64,000 bases of DNA from Lytechinus pictus. Its lineage: Eukaryota. The first letter of the stretch is position 1. Every line of letters starts with the position of its first letter. The position numbers and the translations under genes are program-made. Below are positions 1 through 14,170 of this stretch, piece after piece. The stretch lies in contig NC_087245.1 in NCBI RefSeq assembly GCF_037042905.1, positions 38,006,001 to 38,070,000 on the forward strand, given 5' to 3'. The notes under the pieces are model-generated. The model was not told the DNA's origin. It ran no database searches and worked only from the letters and a program-made list of their open reading frames with translations.

Positions 1-796
1 ACAGCCATTAAAGATAAATGCCAGTGGTGGTAACGATTTGAAAATGAGTTCGCACAGAATCAAATTAAAATAACCACAAAAGTGTCGGTATGTATGCTGA
101 AGGATTCTCAAAAAAATTGTTTAACTACTGAGAAATGAGCAAAATAAGGATGATATTCCATGAAATGTTGGTTCTTTTTCCAAGCAATAAAAGAAACCGT
201 GTGCTTATCTCTGTTGGTAATCTTCAGTGCGATTGTTTTTCAGCTTAGATTTTAAAGATGTCACAAACTTCAGTTATCTAACTGTACCATATTTTGATCG
301 GATGATATTTTGACTATTGAGTTGACCTTAGTTTTGTAGACTTTCTCATGAGATTAGTGTTTACTGCAACTACTTTCATTATTATCTCAGTCCCTCCAGG
401 ACTTTACACATGGTGTACCTCAAACCACTTCCGCAAATACTTTCATTCATCTTTAAACATCGGTAGTTAATGTAAACATCTGTAAAATGAATTTAAAAAT
501 CCTTTAAAGATACTCAATCTTTTCTCATAGTATTATACCTTCATTCAAATGCATCATGTGACATAGCCTGAATAAAATAAAAAAAAGGGGGGGGGGGGCA
601 CACAGTGACTGAGCATTCATGCCTCCCTCAAGTTCTAATTACTTTAATAATCTTAAATGAAAAATTTGACCAAACATCCATTCAATATTCATGTAATTTA
701 TATTGGCTGCAAAGCAAAAGATACAGTGTATTAATTAAAGCACAACGATGATTTTTACACATTTTTAAAAATGCTTTCTGATTGATTTTATTGTAG

Positions 797-3700
797 TCCC
801 ACATATGACATCGCATGTGATGTGCAGACTGAAGATGGCAAGGAAACCAGCAGTGATCTCCTACTGGCTCAGATGCTTCAGCTTCAGTATGACCGAGAGT
901 ACGATGCTTCACTCACAAGAGAGGAACAGAAATACAACAAAGATAGCAAAGGTGAGGCTATATGAAGTCAAGGGGGACTGTTTCACAAAAAGTTAAGTAT
1001 GACTTAGAGTAGCACTTAAATGCCTAGTTGCGTGCGGTATAAAAGGCATGGCCGCATTGGTCAGATCATGCCAAGAAAAACGCGTACTATTGCGCATTGA
1101 TCAATAAGATTGTGCGTTGCATATCATGTACGTGTCTGTATTTAAGTGCGACTCTAAGTCATACTTAAATCATTCGCAGCTCAGTGAGTGTGGTTTATTC
1201 CTATTTAGAAGAATTCTGATTAAAGTGAGAGTTTCAAAGCAATGTTGAAGTTGAAAAAAAAATATATATATAAAATGTAAAGTTAGGTAAGATGGAAGTG
1301 GAGTTGACTAATTTTGCTTACTTTTATTTCCTCCTTTGTATTAAAGTAAAAGCACCTGACCAATAATAATAGCTGTATCTTTTCATGCTGGAATCTTGCA
1401 AGTAGTGTCGGACAATATTTTTTATATTATTGAAATTATGCGATATTGAAAAAATATTGAATATATGATAATAGTGTTATGATTTTGGTGATATAACGTT
1501 TCCACGTTATATCACCAAAATCATAACACTATTATCATATATTCAATATTTTTTCAATATCGCATAATTTCAATAATATAAAAAATATTGTCCGACACTA
1601 CTTGCAAGATTCCAGCATAGGCATCGGGCGATAAATACTCGCTCTCAAAAACCATAGACACCATATTCCCAAAATATTGTTTATCATGAAAAGTTGATCA
1701 CTCTTTATTGACCACAAATGCTGCTGCATATTGCTTTAAATCAACTCAGTACTTGGTACATGTAAGTTAGTACCCATTTCCCCCTTTCCTGCTCTCACGG
1801 AATTGCAGCTTACAATGAATTTTCAGATTCAGCGATATTTTCTGGTGGTAATTAACTAAAATTAAAATAAAATATCGACAAGCTCTACTTGCGAGCATCT
1901 AGTCATCTGTAATCATGATTTTGCACCTCTTATTAAAAATAGAAATAAAATTGGGAATGCAAGAAAGTCTTTTTAAAAGATACATAGCCTCTTTGAATGC
2001 TGATATAAGGACTGCAGCTGTTCCATATTTATTCATTTATTTTAATTTTGTGTGTGTTTAGTTCAATTCTGTGAACAATTTATTTTTTGTCTTAAATGAA
2101 TTATAAAGATTTAGTACTTAATGCTGCAATTAAAACATCTTCACCCCCCTTCCATTCAACAGTGAGCATTTCTTTCTCAAACTACCGTTCTGTCCACCCT
2201 GCATATGATGACGACGACGACGATGAAGACGATGATGATTTTCAAGAAGAATGGATTCTCGGTGATGAAGGTAAATAAGATAAAACTTGGCTTTACCTGC
2301 TTTCTCTTCATTCTGTTTGGTTTCGCCCCACATGGTGTAACTATGCGAGTTCATCTGCAACCAGCTCGTCTCTTAGCCATTTGATCAAATTGCCATTAAG
2401 CCCATTTACCATTTTGTCTAATTTACAGTTAGGCCATACTCATTTTGTCTAATATCCATTTGGTTTAATGCCATTTAGCATATATTATTAGACTAATGTT
2501 TATGAATCAAATCTCAGATTACAAAGTGCAAAGTGATGATAAGTAAACAAAGTGGAAATTTGACTGTGTGGGCATTCGACTAAAAAAAGGACAATTAGCC
2601 CTTTTACCCTTTTGTCTCATTACCAATTAGGTTATCATTGTGTGACAATAGGTCTAAATGACATTTAGTCTGAATGGGTAATAGTCTATGTGTAGTAGGC
2701 CTATAGTTTTTTTTTCTTCAGTTTTTAGTGCTGTTTTATTCTTTTTCTTTTTTTTTTAACTTGAAAGAGAGTCAATGAAAAACAACTGTTCTTTGTTTTG
2801 CAAAAGAAGTGATGATTTTTTTTTATGGTAGCCAATCTTAAACATTTCCTTGAACATCTAAAATAAAGATGAGTTTTGAGTCTATGTTTCAGGAATGCAT
2901 TAGGTGTACTAAGTATACATGCAAATTATGCATGTTTTGTAGGTATAACATCAGTTTTTAAGTAACAATGCTGTAAAGGGAATCTCTAAACATCTGTCCC
3001 AAATTTTCAGGAAGAGAAGCAGAATTACTTGGAGCTGGAAGCACTCCCGCTGGACAAAAGAAGTCTATCGTTACCAAACATGACGCACAAGTATGTGGAA
3101 GGAAGAATGCCAGTCGAGTGATGGATCAGGTAGGCAAGCCATATTTGATTTTTTTTTAATCATTATTTTTTTAATAGCAAGAGACATTTTAGCTCCAGGC
3201 CATCGGCGATATTATTTTGTTCGTTTGTTATTAGCAATTTTTAATTGATGTCACTTACTTGTACTATCTAGATTTACCATTTTTAAAAGGAATCTGTTCG
3301 TGCCAGTCATTGGTTTGTTTGCAATTTTCCAGAGCTACAATTAAAGTGACTGGTTAACATTGGTTTGACTTTTAAAAAATCTGAGCTAGAAGGTCACACT
3401 TGTCACCTGTGTCTGTGATATGTTACAAAAATGAAGCCAAGAAAAAATTGCGTTCGAAAATAATTTTTTAGTGCTTCAAAAATTGAAATATAAAGTGACC
3501 GAAAACACCTTCTGAATTTCATCCCATAAACTTATGTGTACTATTTAGGCGTCTATAAGACGCCTATTTACAAAATCGGGGTTTGCCTCGTAGTTTTAGC
3601 TTTTCATTCTCAATAATGGTTGTTTTCAGGGTTTATTAGTTCTAATACGTGCACTTGTACACATGTTTCATCTTGGTTTGATAATTTTTTAAATCGGCTG

Positions 3701-6700
3701 CTCACAAAGTTAAACAATACCTTTAATGTATAGATGATGACTCTTGCTTTTATGAAATGTATTAAATGATCTGAGTTATGTAAGGATTTAATCACTCTAT
3801 TCATATTATCTAATGTAAAAGAGAGGGAGAGAACAATTGAAAAATTAAAGAAGAGTTCTCTATTTAAGCATCTTTACTTGATCTTAGATCTTATGTCTTT
3901 CCTAATTTCCCATCACCTTGTTAATGATGTCAATTACTTGCACTTTTTCACCAGAATGCTCTTTGGGATGTAAAGATTATGAAACGTTAAAACATGCGCT
4001 ATGGAATCGTAGCTACGTACAAACAATTTGGAATGAATTCAAAGTTTATTTATCAATGTTTGATTTTTCTAATATGAATGAACAGACCGTCATTATAGGA
4101 TTTTTAGAAAAACAACAAGGTATTAAGATAAAGGATCATATCTTATTGCAAAAAGATGTATTTACACAAGTATGAATTGTGATAATAAGCCAAGCATTGA
4201 CTGTTTTAAAAGAATGTTATTTTCTTCGGTATACAGAAGAAATGCACATTGCTATTAAGGGAAGGAAAATTGTATCTCTACCAAAGAAAATGGAAATGTG
4301 TTATGCCAAGGCTCCACATTAACTTTTTTTGGTGGTGGCCCGTTCGGGCCACCAAAACCATCAAATAATTTTTTTTGGTGGCCCGATATTAAAGTTTGGT
4401 GGCCCGAAAAATATTTAAAAAAAAACATTAAAAATGAATAAAACAAACTTCTGAAATATTAATTCTGCAGCCACTACCACTAAGTTACTTTCACTTTATA
4501 CATCTTGTATGTAAACCTTGTTTGCTGTTATTTTACTTTGCTAATTGATAATTGTTTCTATCGTTGTAAAAATGAAATGATTGAAAGTGAATAAATGAAT
4601 TGTATTGTTCGCAGGTTGTGTGGACTTTGTTTTTAATCTCTGTATAGAGATAATGGTATAGTAAATAAATAGTGCATAGCAAACTCAGATAGATGTACAA
4701 AACAATGGTTTTTCCTTCCTTCCTCTTTGAATCCTAAAACCTAGATTATGCATGCCCCAAATCCAGTTTATTTCTGTTTTCTCTTTTGCAGCATATTATA
4801 GAAGGAGAAAATCACAGAAAAATATGCTGCAAAATTAGAACAATGCATAAAAGGGGTAAACAAACGAAAATAATTTTCAAAAAGTATATAACAAAAAGAA
4901 AACAAAAATGATAAAAGAAATTAGTGAAATAAAACTAAAGAAAGAAAATGAAAAAAACAAAAAAACAAAGAACAGGGGAAAAAAGAAAAAAAGAAAAGAA
5001 AAAAATTAGAGAGAAAAAAGAAAAGAAAATGAAAGAAAAATTAATAAAACAAAGTTAATGTAAAACTGGGGAAAAGGGGAAAATTAAGAAGCCATTACAT
5101 TATTTTTTAACAGCTGTGGCAACAGTCTATTCTGACTGGAATATAATTAAAAGCCAAGCAAATAATTTTCACTTACCTTTTGGGAATGGCACATTTCTAT
5201 TTTTATATCCTTTAGTTTGTATTATTTTATTTTCAGTAGAAACATATTTTTTAATCAGGCATATTCAATGGGAAGGGGTATAAATGGTTTAACCACTGTC
5301 AAAAAAAAATGAAAGAAAAAAAAAAGAGAACGGCAAAAAATATATCTGGAAAAAAAGTGTGAGAAAAGTCCTTCCCTATATTTGCCAAAATGTTGGGAAA
5401 AAAAATCACATTTCATATCAATGAAATGCCTTCCCAAAGTATTTACTTTCTCAAGAGTGGTTTAAGAAGTCATTTATAAACAAGAAAGAAAGAAACTGTC
5501 TGTTTGTTTAAGGCTAGAAAATACACAGCTTCGAAAGAAACCAAGTATCAACATACATACAAATGCACACGTGGGACTGTGATGTACTCGCCTATGTGTT
5601 TTTATGTGTATTAATTCATGTGGAAATCGGTCTTTTTGAGTCAAAAGAGAGGTCATAATTCCTCTTCTTAATACTTGCAAATAATCAGGGTACACCAGAT
5701 TTTCGTAATATAGACTGTAGAAGGGCATTTCATTGGTGTAAAAGGTGACTTTGACTTAGATTTTCAAAGTTCTGTGGAAGATTTCTCAGCAGCAACATTT
5801 TTTATCGCAGCTCCCCGAGTCTGAATAGGCTGAGCTAGATCTAGAGCACAGCTGTATGCAGTGGCTTCATGCAAAGTTCACGCCAGCCGGCCGGCGCGGT
5901 TGGCTGGATAATAGCTGCTGTATGCTATAGCTGTAGGCCTAATATGCAAACTTTGTGTGTGTGTATTTGTGTGTAAATCAACAAAAAGGGCGCATGACAA
6001 ACTGGCTTGCAATTTGAGCTGTAGAAAGTTGATAAATGCTTGCAAAATTGGGAGGAAAATTGCGCTACTTTGAAAATTATTGGTTGCCCGATTCGGGCCA
6101 CCAAAACTTAACATTTTATCAATAATGGTTGCCCGAGGTGAATTTTTGGTGGCCCCGGGCCACCGGGCCACCGCTAATGTCGAGCCTTGGTTATGCCATT
6201 ATTTGCTTCTAGTCACTGCTAAAAATGATTGGGAGTTATTTCGGTTTATACCTACGTTTTCTTCTTATATTATACAGCATTCCTATACTTATTTTGTTAT
6301 ACACATTACTATGTATAAATGCAAAATGTATGAATGTATCCTTATCGATTTATATTTGTATAAGTATCAATAGATATCATTGAAATATAAAAAAAGAATT
6401 GCACTTTTTCTTTCAGTTTCCCCCTGATTTTCCGAGTGGTAATAGCTTTGGGATGGATATGAAGCTATCAAACAGCGTCTACAACGTCCTTAAGATTCAC
6501 TCACAGAAAGAAGAGAGTAAAGCACAGAGATTACACGAGAAGAAAGAACATTCAACTGCCGTAAGTCTTGCGTATAAAGTTACTGTATCAGCAAACTCCT
6601 GATTTTAGGCTTTGCTTATTTACCTATGGAAATAAGTGGTAATAGTGGTTCCAGATGAACTTAAATAACAATATTTCAAGTCATTGTTTTATCAATTGGG

Positions 6701-9700
6701 AGCTAAAGATTTCACAGCCTTCCCATGACATGGAATCTTTTAACCCTTAACACTGCGTCTGTTGAATATCATAGCCCAATCAGAGGTGATACTTTATGGG
6801 GAAACCTTGTATCTAACCTCTCTACACTTTCGATGCCCACTTGAATTCTTTGCTGTAAATGTCATCTGTTAAGCAAACATGTTTAAATTGTACCAAACTA
6901 TTGTAAAACAGAAATGGATCAATTTAGGCTGTTGTGTTCAGTGATCATATGACATAGCAAGAAATATATTCCTGATAAATTGATAGGAAATGTTAATTTT
7001 TTCATTGTGCACAAGCTGAAATTCTTATCAATTTTACATGTCCACCATTGTCCAATTTCCACTTCTGAATATATGTCAATTTCTGCACATGTCATAAAAA
7101 TTGTGAATATTATAAAATTCACAATTGTCTATAATATGATAATATAACATCTTCTTACAACTCTAAATATATTAAACAAAACAAAATCACATTTGCCTAG
7201 AGTAAATAATGAAAATGAAATGAAAAAAAGAAATGAAAATAAAATGAAAATGAAATGAAATAATACGTATGTACCTATTAAAGCTTCTTTATTTATTTAC
7301 TATCTATTGTCCACGGCAGACTGCATCAATGAGTCAGAAAGAAGAGGATCGAGGGTATTTGTATTCCAGTTCATCGTGACTTAGCCGTGAACCAGAATAG
7401 CCTGGTGGTTGAGTCACTGCCTGGCAAGCAGTAGATGGCAGGTTCAAATCCCACTGGTTCCAATTTTTTCTGACTTATGATTTTCATTACAGATTGAGCA
7501 TGCGATCTTAAACAATTAGGAGTAATGCAGAAAATTTGTTTACAAATACGTATGTACTTTATAATATCCGTAACTCTTCATTTCCCAACTCTTTATATTT
7601 GATTTAATTAGGAAATGGCTGTTGATTCTCGTACCAGAATCATGTTGTATAAGCTGGTCAATAATGGTCTTCTAGATTCCATCACTGGTACCATCAGTAC
7701 CGGTAAAGAAGCAGTCGTCATCCATGCATACGGAGGACAGTAAGTAACATGCCCTATTAGAAAGCCTTCTCGGTTCCATCACATTTGCTCCGGCGACGAT
7801 TGCTCTGATGGAAAATCTGTGCGTTAAGCCAAACCTAGAACTTAACCTCCAAAACCAAATAAACCCATATCCTAATCTTTACAATATTCCGAACAATTAC
7901 ATTCCTGACTCTGCCCCCATGCCCCCTGAGATCAACATACCTCGTGTCACCTCCTTTTCAGAGTGTAGGGTAACCATGCTGATCTGTAATAAGTAAGATG
8001 TACCAATTTAATTCAAGATATGATAAATGGTAAATACTATGGACTAGCATTGAGAGAGATGTAACATTTATTACACCAACTAGAACTGTATTACCCTGAG
8101 TCGAAGATGAGGGCAATACAACTTGACTTCATAAGGCAATAATTGTTGCATGTCCCCAAAGTATATAGTCTGTAGTAATTTTGGAACTAAATTCACGATG
8201 ACCGAGTATGCTCTTCTGAAGTTGGCTCAGTCGGTTAAGTGTCTGCCTGTTGAACCAAAGATCGTGGTTTCGAGTCCACCCCGGGCGGATGACTGAAGCC
8301 AGTGCATTGTGTGTAAAAGTCTCTCCCCTGTTTCATAGATGCAGGCTATGTTACAGTGGAAAACACTCTGTCCCTTGAATAGGACGTTAAATGGAGGCCC
8401 TGTGTAGAGGAGTGTCACCACCTTTGCACGTTAAGAGCCCACTGCACTATTCGAATAAGAGTAGGGGGAAACCCTGATGTAGTGGTCCACCTGCATTCCC
8501 CCAATCAGTTATATCGGGAGGAGAGACCTGCAGGTCACAGTTCTGTGTGCGCGCCCTTCTAGGCGACCCAGATTGGCTGGCTCCTCCAAAAATGCACCTT
8601 TGAACGTCTTTGACAGATATATGGCGCTATACAAATGCTGTGCATCATCATCATCATCAAGTTGCAAAGCATTCATAATTGCCACCCCCTCCCCCCCCCC
8701 ATTTCATAATTTCAAAACATATAAATCTTTAAAAATTGAAGTGATTGATTCTATGCTTTTTCACTCCAAACGTGGCTCCAATAAATTTTCTCATTAAAAA
8801 AAAAAGATAATAAAAATGTAAGCAAAACAAAAGAAGTCATGATAAATTTTTTTCTTACAAAAAATGAGATATCAGATTTCATTGTATTCTTTTTTGGTCT
8901 GTTTGATTAAATAACATTACACAGAGCACAATTACCCAAATTGACCATATTAGGAAATAAGTGTTAAAGAGCATATAGCCTATAGTTAAAACTCACCTGG
9001 CTAAAGTGACCAGTAGCCATTAATGAAGAGAATACACTAACAAATATCTCCACAATATCTAGGCAATGAAATTAATAATGCTGAATAAGTAATGAAACGA
9101 TTTTGTAGCAGAGCTGTTACAATTTAATTGATCGCTTAACCCATTAATAACTTTCATCATGTAATTCATTTAGGCTTTATACAAGGACTACTTGGTTATT
9201 GTAGGAAACTTGTTGAAGAATGAATTAGAAACAAAACAAATTCTAATCATTATTATTTTGTTTTCTAACTAGGATGGACGACCACATTATACCAGCCGAG
9301 TGTGCGTTGAAGGTCTTCAAGACGACGCTAAACGAGTTCAAGACAAGGGATCAGTATATCCGCAACGATTATCGGTTCAGAGCTAGGTTCAAGAAGCAGA
9401 ACCCTCGAAAGTTCATCCACATGTGGGCTGAGAAGGAAATGCATAATCTCAATAGGTAAATGATATACTTAGTAGATAAATGTAGCAGTAATAATCTTGT
9501 CACATCAGTCCATACTATGCCTGGGACGAATACGTTTGCCAGGGTAAACAAACAAATAGTTCTATTAATCGAGATTCCTGGATTGTCAGAAATCACAAAG
9601 AGGTTGACCTACATGTATTGCATGACATTGGTCACACATAATAATAATAATGATACACAGTTCTTGTATAGCGCATATCACAATTATGAATAATGTCTCT

Positions 9701-12700
9701 ATGCGCTTCCAAAGGACTTGGATATTATTACCCCAGCTGTAGCTTGTCAGCCGTAATTACTAAGATTACAGCGCACACGCATTTCAAGGAATAAATTCCT
9801 GCCAGGTACCCATTCACCTCACCTGGGTTGAGTGCAGCACAATGTGGATAAATTTCTTGCCGAAGGAAATTACGCCATGGCTGGGATTCGAACCCGCGAC
9901 CCTCTGTTTCAAAGTCCGGAGACTAATCCACTGGGCCCAACGCTCCACACGAATAATGATCGAGCTGATTCAGTAAAGTGTCCAAGTACAATGCTTGTGA
10001 CATGCACATCAATACAGCTGAATGATGTGGCAGCGATGCCTAAAGTTACAACAATGCATTACTTACACATTGAAATAAATGTTTTGAATGTGACGGGGCT
10101 CTCTGTTAGCGCTCTGTAAGGCTAACAACGTTTTTGTGCGGCCGGCACTGGTGTTGACTAACAATTTTTTTATTTATCATTTAACATGCCTTTCTTGATA
10201 ATACTCTACTTTCTAACCTTCCTCTTTCTCGCCTATCCATTTCACTTCTACGATGTTCTACCTCTATCCACTTTTCTCAGTCCATTCAAGACTCACCACA
10301 TGGTGTACCGTAGACCACTTCTGCGGTTGTCCATACCACTATGCAAACTTCCATCTAATCTGATAATATCTTGTACACCCTTTCTTGTCCAGGATGCGAG
10401 AAGCTGGGATCAGGTGCCCGGAGGTGGTGTTGCTACGGAAACACATCCTGGTGATGTCATTCATCGGTAAAGACCAGAAGGCAGCTCTCAAACTGAAGCA
10501 TGTCAAATTCTCAGTCAGCGAGGCGCAGTGTGTCTATGAAGAATGCCTGGAGGTAGGGTTCATCCAAATCTTTAATGATTATGATAAGAATCAGTGCTGT
10601 AGCAATGCTGGTTGGTGTCAGGCGGGCCCGCCCAGTGCTCCGAATTTGAGCCCAGCATGCCCCCCTAAATTGCTTGAGAATTTGCAAAATTTACCCCTCA
10701 ATTTGATGACTTTAGCCTCTTAAAAGTACTAAAACCCTGGACCCCTGCCATTCAGACAGATCTCATAACTTATATATTATGCTAATAAATGCATAAAATT
10801 ATATTTTTTTGCTCTAAGAAGCCCCAAACTGCTATCTTTTCATTCACAAACTCTCTGTAGGATTCTGATCAAATGTACTTAAAGAAGAAATAATATTTAT
10901 TTCTTATGTATTTTATTGTAATTTTTTCTTTCAATGGAAATCGTCAGTGACTTTATTCAGATCATAAACAAGATGCACTTAATTGAGTTTAACCCTAATA
11001 GTTCTTGGGTATTTTTTATTCTTGTCACTCCAGGGGGGGGGGGGGGGGCTTAATGGCCATAATGATGTCGGGCAGTCTTAAGAAAACCTTTTCAATCATT
11101 AGTCCTTTATTCCCATTTGATGGATAAAAGCAATTTATTTGATTTTCTATATGATTTTCTATTTTGTCTCTCCGTAGATGATAGAGAAGTTATACCGCCA
11201 GTGTAATCTGGTCCATGCTGATTTGAGTGAATATAACATCCTGTGGCATGAAGGTCATCTATGGTTCATCGACGTCAGTCAGTCGGTAGAGCCAACGCAC
11301 CCTCATGGTTTGGAGTTCCTCCTCAGGGATTGTACAAACATCAGCAACGTAAGTAATAGAGGACATTTTCACGAAGCTACTTAGACCCTGTTCACATCTA
11401 CTTCCTTTAACCAGTTTAGTGGAAACCAGTTTTCCGCTTAGATTTTACGATTTCACAAAGTTCAGTTAATGTAACTGTACCTGGGGGGTGTTTCACAATG
11501 ATTTAACTTATTTAAGTATGACTGAAAGTCGCACTTAAATGCCGACGCTTACATTATATGCAACGTGCAGTGTTATTGATCAATAAGCAGTAGTGCGTGT
11601 CCTTTGGCATGATCTGACCAATGCGGCCATGCCTTTTATACCGTGCGCAACTAGACATTTAAGTGCGACTCTAAGTCATACTTAAATCTTTGTGAAACAC
11701 CCCCAGATCTACTACATGTAGATCTACAGTGATAGAGTGACAATAGGCCTTTGTTTTACAAACTTTGTCATGAAATTAGTGTTAAATGAAACTACTTAGA
11801 TTTATCTTTAAAAATGAAATCATGTAGGTGCTCTCCTTTCTGGAGTCTTTTTTTCGTATTATGATAATTATGGTAAAATTGATTTATGTCTTGATGAAAT
11901 GGAGCCCTAGATTCTTTGATTAGAGATGGACCTACCATGATTAGAGTCATGGGTAATTAAAAGCAAGCAATAGGTTACTGACAAAATAAAAATCCAGACA
12001 TATAAACTCTTTCATGGAGTGTTGTGGCCCAGTGGATTAGTCTCCAGACTTTGAAACAGAGGGTCATGGGTTCAAATCCCAGCCATGACGTAGTTTCCTT
12101 CAGCAAGAAATTTATCCACATTGTGCTGCACTCAACCCAGGTGAGGTGAATGGGTACCTGGCAGGAATTTATTCCTTGAAATGCCGAGCGCTGGAAGCTA
12201 GCTGCTTGAGCTACAGCCGGGGTAATAATATCCAAGTCCTTTGGAAGCCATAGAGATGTGTGGAAGCGTCGTGGTGTAGCAGTTCTGACTCTCGCCTTGT
12301 AATCAGAGGGTCGTGTGTTCGAATCCCACCATGGCCTAGCGTCTTTTGGCAAGGTGTCAATCCACACTTTGCCGCTCTCACCCAGGTGCTAATTGGGTAC
12401 CGGTAGGAAACAACCGTCATTGTGGTTGGTTTAGTAAGTGTGCGCCTAACAGGCTGCTTGAAATGCTATGAATCCAGTGACCGGGTAATAATAATTGTGA
12501 AGCGCTTTGAGCAGTCGTAGATTGATAAAGTGCTAAATAGATGCCAATTATTATTATTAGATGTTATTCATAATGTGTTATGCGCTATACAAGAACTGAC
12601 TATTTATGATTATTATTATTTCAACCTATTATCCTATGTCTGATCTTCCTATGTAGTTTTTCCGTAAGCTTGGTGTCCATGGTGTTCTGAAGCCGCATGA

Positions 12701-13317
12701 ACTGTTTAACAGAGTCACTGGATTGGATCTACAGTACGGCAATGAGCAGGAGTTTCTAGGCCAGGTATGTGTGCATATGGTGTATTGATGAACTTAATCA
12801 GTGACTAACACTTTTTGAGGGGATTTACCATAACTCAAAAGGGACCTTAACCAGAAAAGGCCACACAACATCGCAACATCTGCAGCTGCTCTTCCAAAGT
12901 TATGCAGCATTTTGTAAGTGCATGTCAGACCCAAAATTGCTCCAAAATGTTCAAGTCTGATTATCTTTCTAGCTAAAATTCATGAATTCATCATTATTGT
13001 ATTTGTCTTGCATGAGATCTTGCCAGGGAGGGGGGGGGGCATTTTGGGGGCTAAGCTTTAGTATAACATGTAGATATTTTGAGGTTTTTTATTGTGTGTT
13101 TTGATTTTAGATTGAAGCCCTTCAGCAGAGTCAGAAGTTCAAACCGTCTAGTCCGAAGGAGAACAACTTTGCTTTTGATTACTTCTTTGACAAGATCAAG
13201 GGGGAAGATGCGTCAACACAAGAAGAAGAAGAAGAAGAAGAGAAGATAGGAGGAGGAGAGAATCAAGCTGATGATGGGAGCAGTGTTCAAGCTACGGTTT
13301 CCTCAAAGAAGGATTAA
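797..13317 (+). CDS. RIOK3: Serine/threonine kinase RIO3 (5' exons lie outside the window)
   Basis: GT-AG exons in consistent phase: 797-951, 2163-2270, 3011-3129, 6417-6560, 7612-7739, 9273-9455, 10393-10552, 11178-11348, 12657-12764, 13111-13317 (TAA). The translation has RIOK3 motifs SSDLLLAQMLQLQYDREYD, VSISFSNYRSVHP, TKHDAQVCGRKN, ISTGKEAVV, KVFKTTLNEFKTRD, WAEKEMHNL, the catalytic loop LVHADLSEYNIL and IDVSQSVEPTHP. Confidence 0.96.
972..1171. mobile_element. Harbinger-type MITE (family also at 11481-11706, 17194-17517, 23670-23885)
   Basis: Shared TIR GGGGG(T)GTTTCACAAA..TTAAGTATGACTTAGAGTCGCACTTAAAT. Confidence 0.7.
1385..1618. repeat. Perfect palindrome with 115-bp arms and a 4-nt loop
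   Basis: 1385-1499 is the exact reverse complement of 1504-1618; loop TTCC. Confidence 0.93.
3341..3726. mobile_element. Kolobok-type MITE
   Basis: TTAA-flanked imperfect TIRs AGTGACTGGTTAACATTG / CAAAGTTAAACAATACCT; a related end occurs at about 63528. Confidence 0.55.
3830..6397 (+). pseudogene. Decayed L1/Tx1-type LINE 3' fragment split by the TIR element
   Basis: Degenerate ORF2 C-terminal zinc-knuckle region (C..C..ETLKHALWN..VQTIW..IIGF) at 3918-4175; the 3' UTR resumes after 6196 and ends in an A-tail at about 6388. Confidence 0.55.
4307..6189. mobile_element. Non-autonomous TIR element with a 7-bp TSD (P/Galileo-like or hAT-like)
   Basis: TIR CAAGGCTCCACATTA / TAATGTCGAGCCTTG, TSD GTTATGC, subterminal GGTGGCCCG repeats. 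Confidence 0.75.
8221..8659 (+). mobile_element. tRNA-derived SINE with a (CAT)n tail
   Basis: A box TGGCTCAGTCGG, B box GTTTCGAGTCC, and 3' end GGCGCTATACAAAT followed by (CAT)n. Confidence 0.8.
9640..9950 (-). mobile_element. tRNA-derived SINE (Gln-TTG-like head)
   Basis: Minus strand TGGGCCCAGTGG..GGTTCGAATCCC, core CAACCCAGGTGAGGTGAATGGGTACC, and an (ATT)n tail. Confidence 0.82.
11481..11706. mobile_element. Harbinger-type MITE
   Basis: CTGGGGGGTGTTTCACAA ... TTGTGAAACACCCCCAG inverted ends. Confidence 0.8.
12014..12620 (+). mobile_element. Same SINE family, with a second SINE nested in its 3' part (about 12260-12558)
   Basis: Homologous to 9640-9950. The nested element has its own A/B boxes (TGGTGTAGCAG, GTTCGAATCCC), the core CACCCAGGTGCTAATTGGGTACC, an (ATT)n tail and AGATGT flanking repeats. 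Confidence 0.8.
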
Positions 13318-13499
13318 TTCTCACGATTATGTCGCGCGTGAGGAGATGGAGGGGTTCGGGATTAGTTTGTGTTGAAATATCCAGAAGTAGATTTAGGCGT
13401 AGATGACAGTGGCTTTCACCAGAGGTTTTTTTATTACAGAGCTATTTTTATTTTGTCTTTTAATATATTCTTGCGTTCCCTCTAAGTCTTAGTACCGTG

Positions 13500-13835
13500 G
13501 TGTTCTTTCCTATCTCCCACTCTTTCTTTCTGTGTTTTCTCTTTCTTTATCTCTTTCACCCCTCCTATTTTTTCCACCTTCTCTATCCCCCCTCTCTCTT
13601 CCCTGTTTCTCTTTCCGTCCCATCCCTTTCTCCCTCTTTTCCTTTCTATCTTGCTTTGTCTCTCTTCACCCCTAGTTCTTTTCTGCTGTCTGTCTATTTT
13701 TCTTCCTCTTGTTTCCCCCTCCTTCCCTTTCCCCTCCTTTTCTCCCTCTTTCTCTTCCTGTATTCACCCCACCCACAATCTTTCTCTCTATCCTCATATC
13801 TCTATCCTCACATCTCTATCTTCATCTTGCCTTTA
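13500..13835. repeat. Polypyrimidine low-complexity tract downstream of the RIOK3 stop codon
   Basis: Almost entirely C/T on the + strand. Confidence 0.85.
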
Positions 13836-13898
13836 AATCTATTTTTGGATACTATTTCACTCATCATGTTAGACCGAGTATGTAATTCAAATTGAATT

Positions 13899-14170
13899 CC
13901 AGGATCCCATCTCACAAAGAGTTGCGATTGATTCAATCGATCTCAACTATATGGAAATCCATCATTGTCACAATTTTCCTACTAAAATTTTGCATGAAGT
14001 TCTTTTGTGAGCAAAGAGGAGCACAGCAATTTGTCAAGACAACAAGGAATGTTGTAGTATACGTTTATCTGGTAAACTTTTAAACAAAATGCATTGTAGA
14101 TGTTGGCGGTGCTGGCTTTCCATAGTTGTGGTTGATGGGATCAATCGCAACTCTTTGTAAGACGGGGCCT
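13899..14170. mobile_element. MITE (second copy at about 23930-24196)
   Basis: Long TIR ..CTCACAAAGAGTTGCGATTGAT / ATCAATCGCAACTCTTTGTAAGACGGGGCC. Confidence 0.75.

Noticed and set aside
13497-13895. 132-aa F/L/S/P-rich ORF
   Set aside because: Artefact of the polypyrimidine tract.
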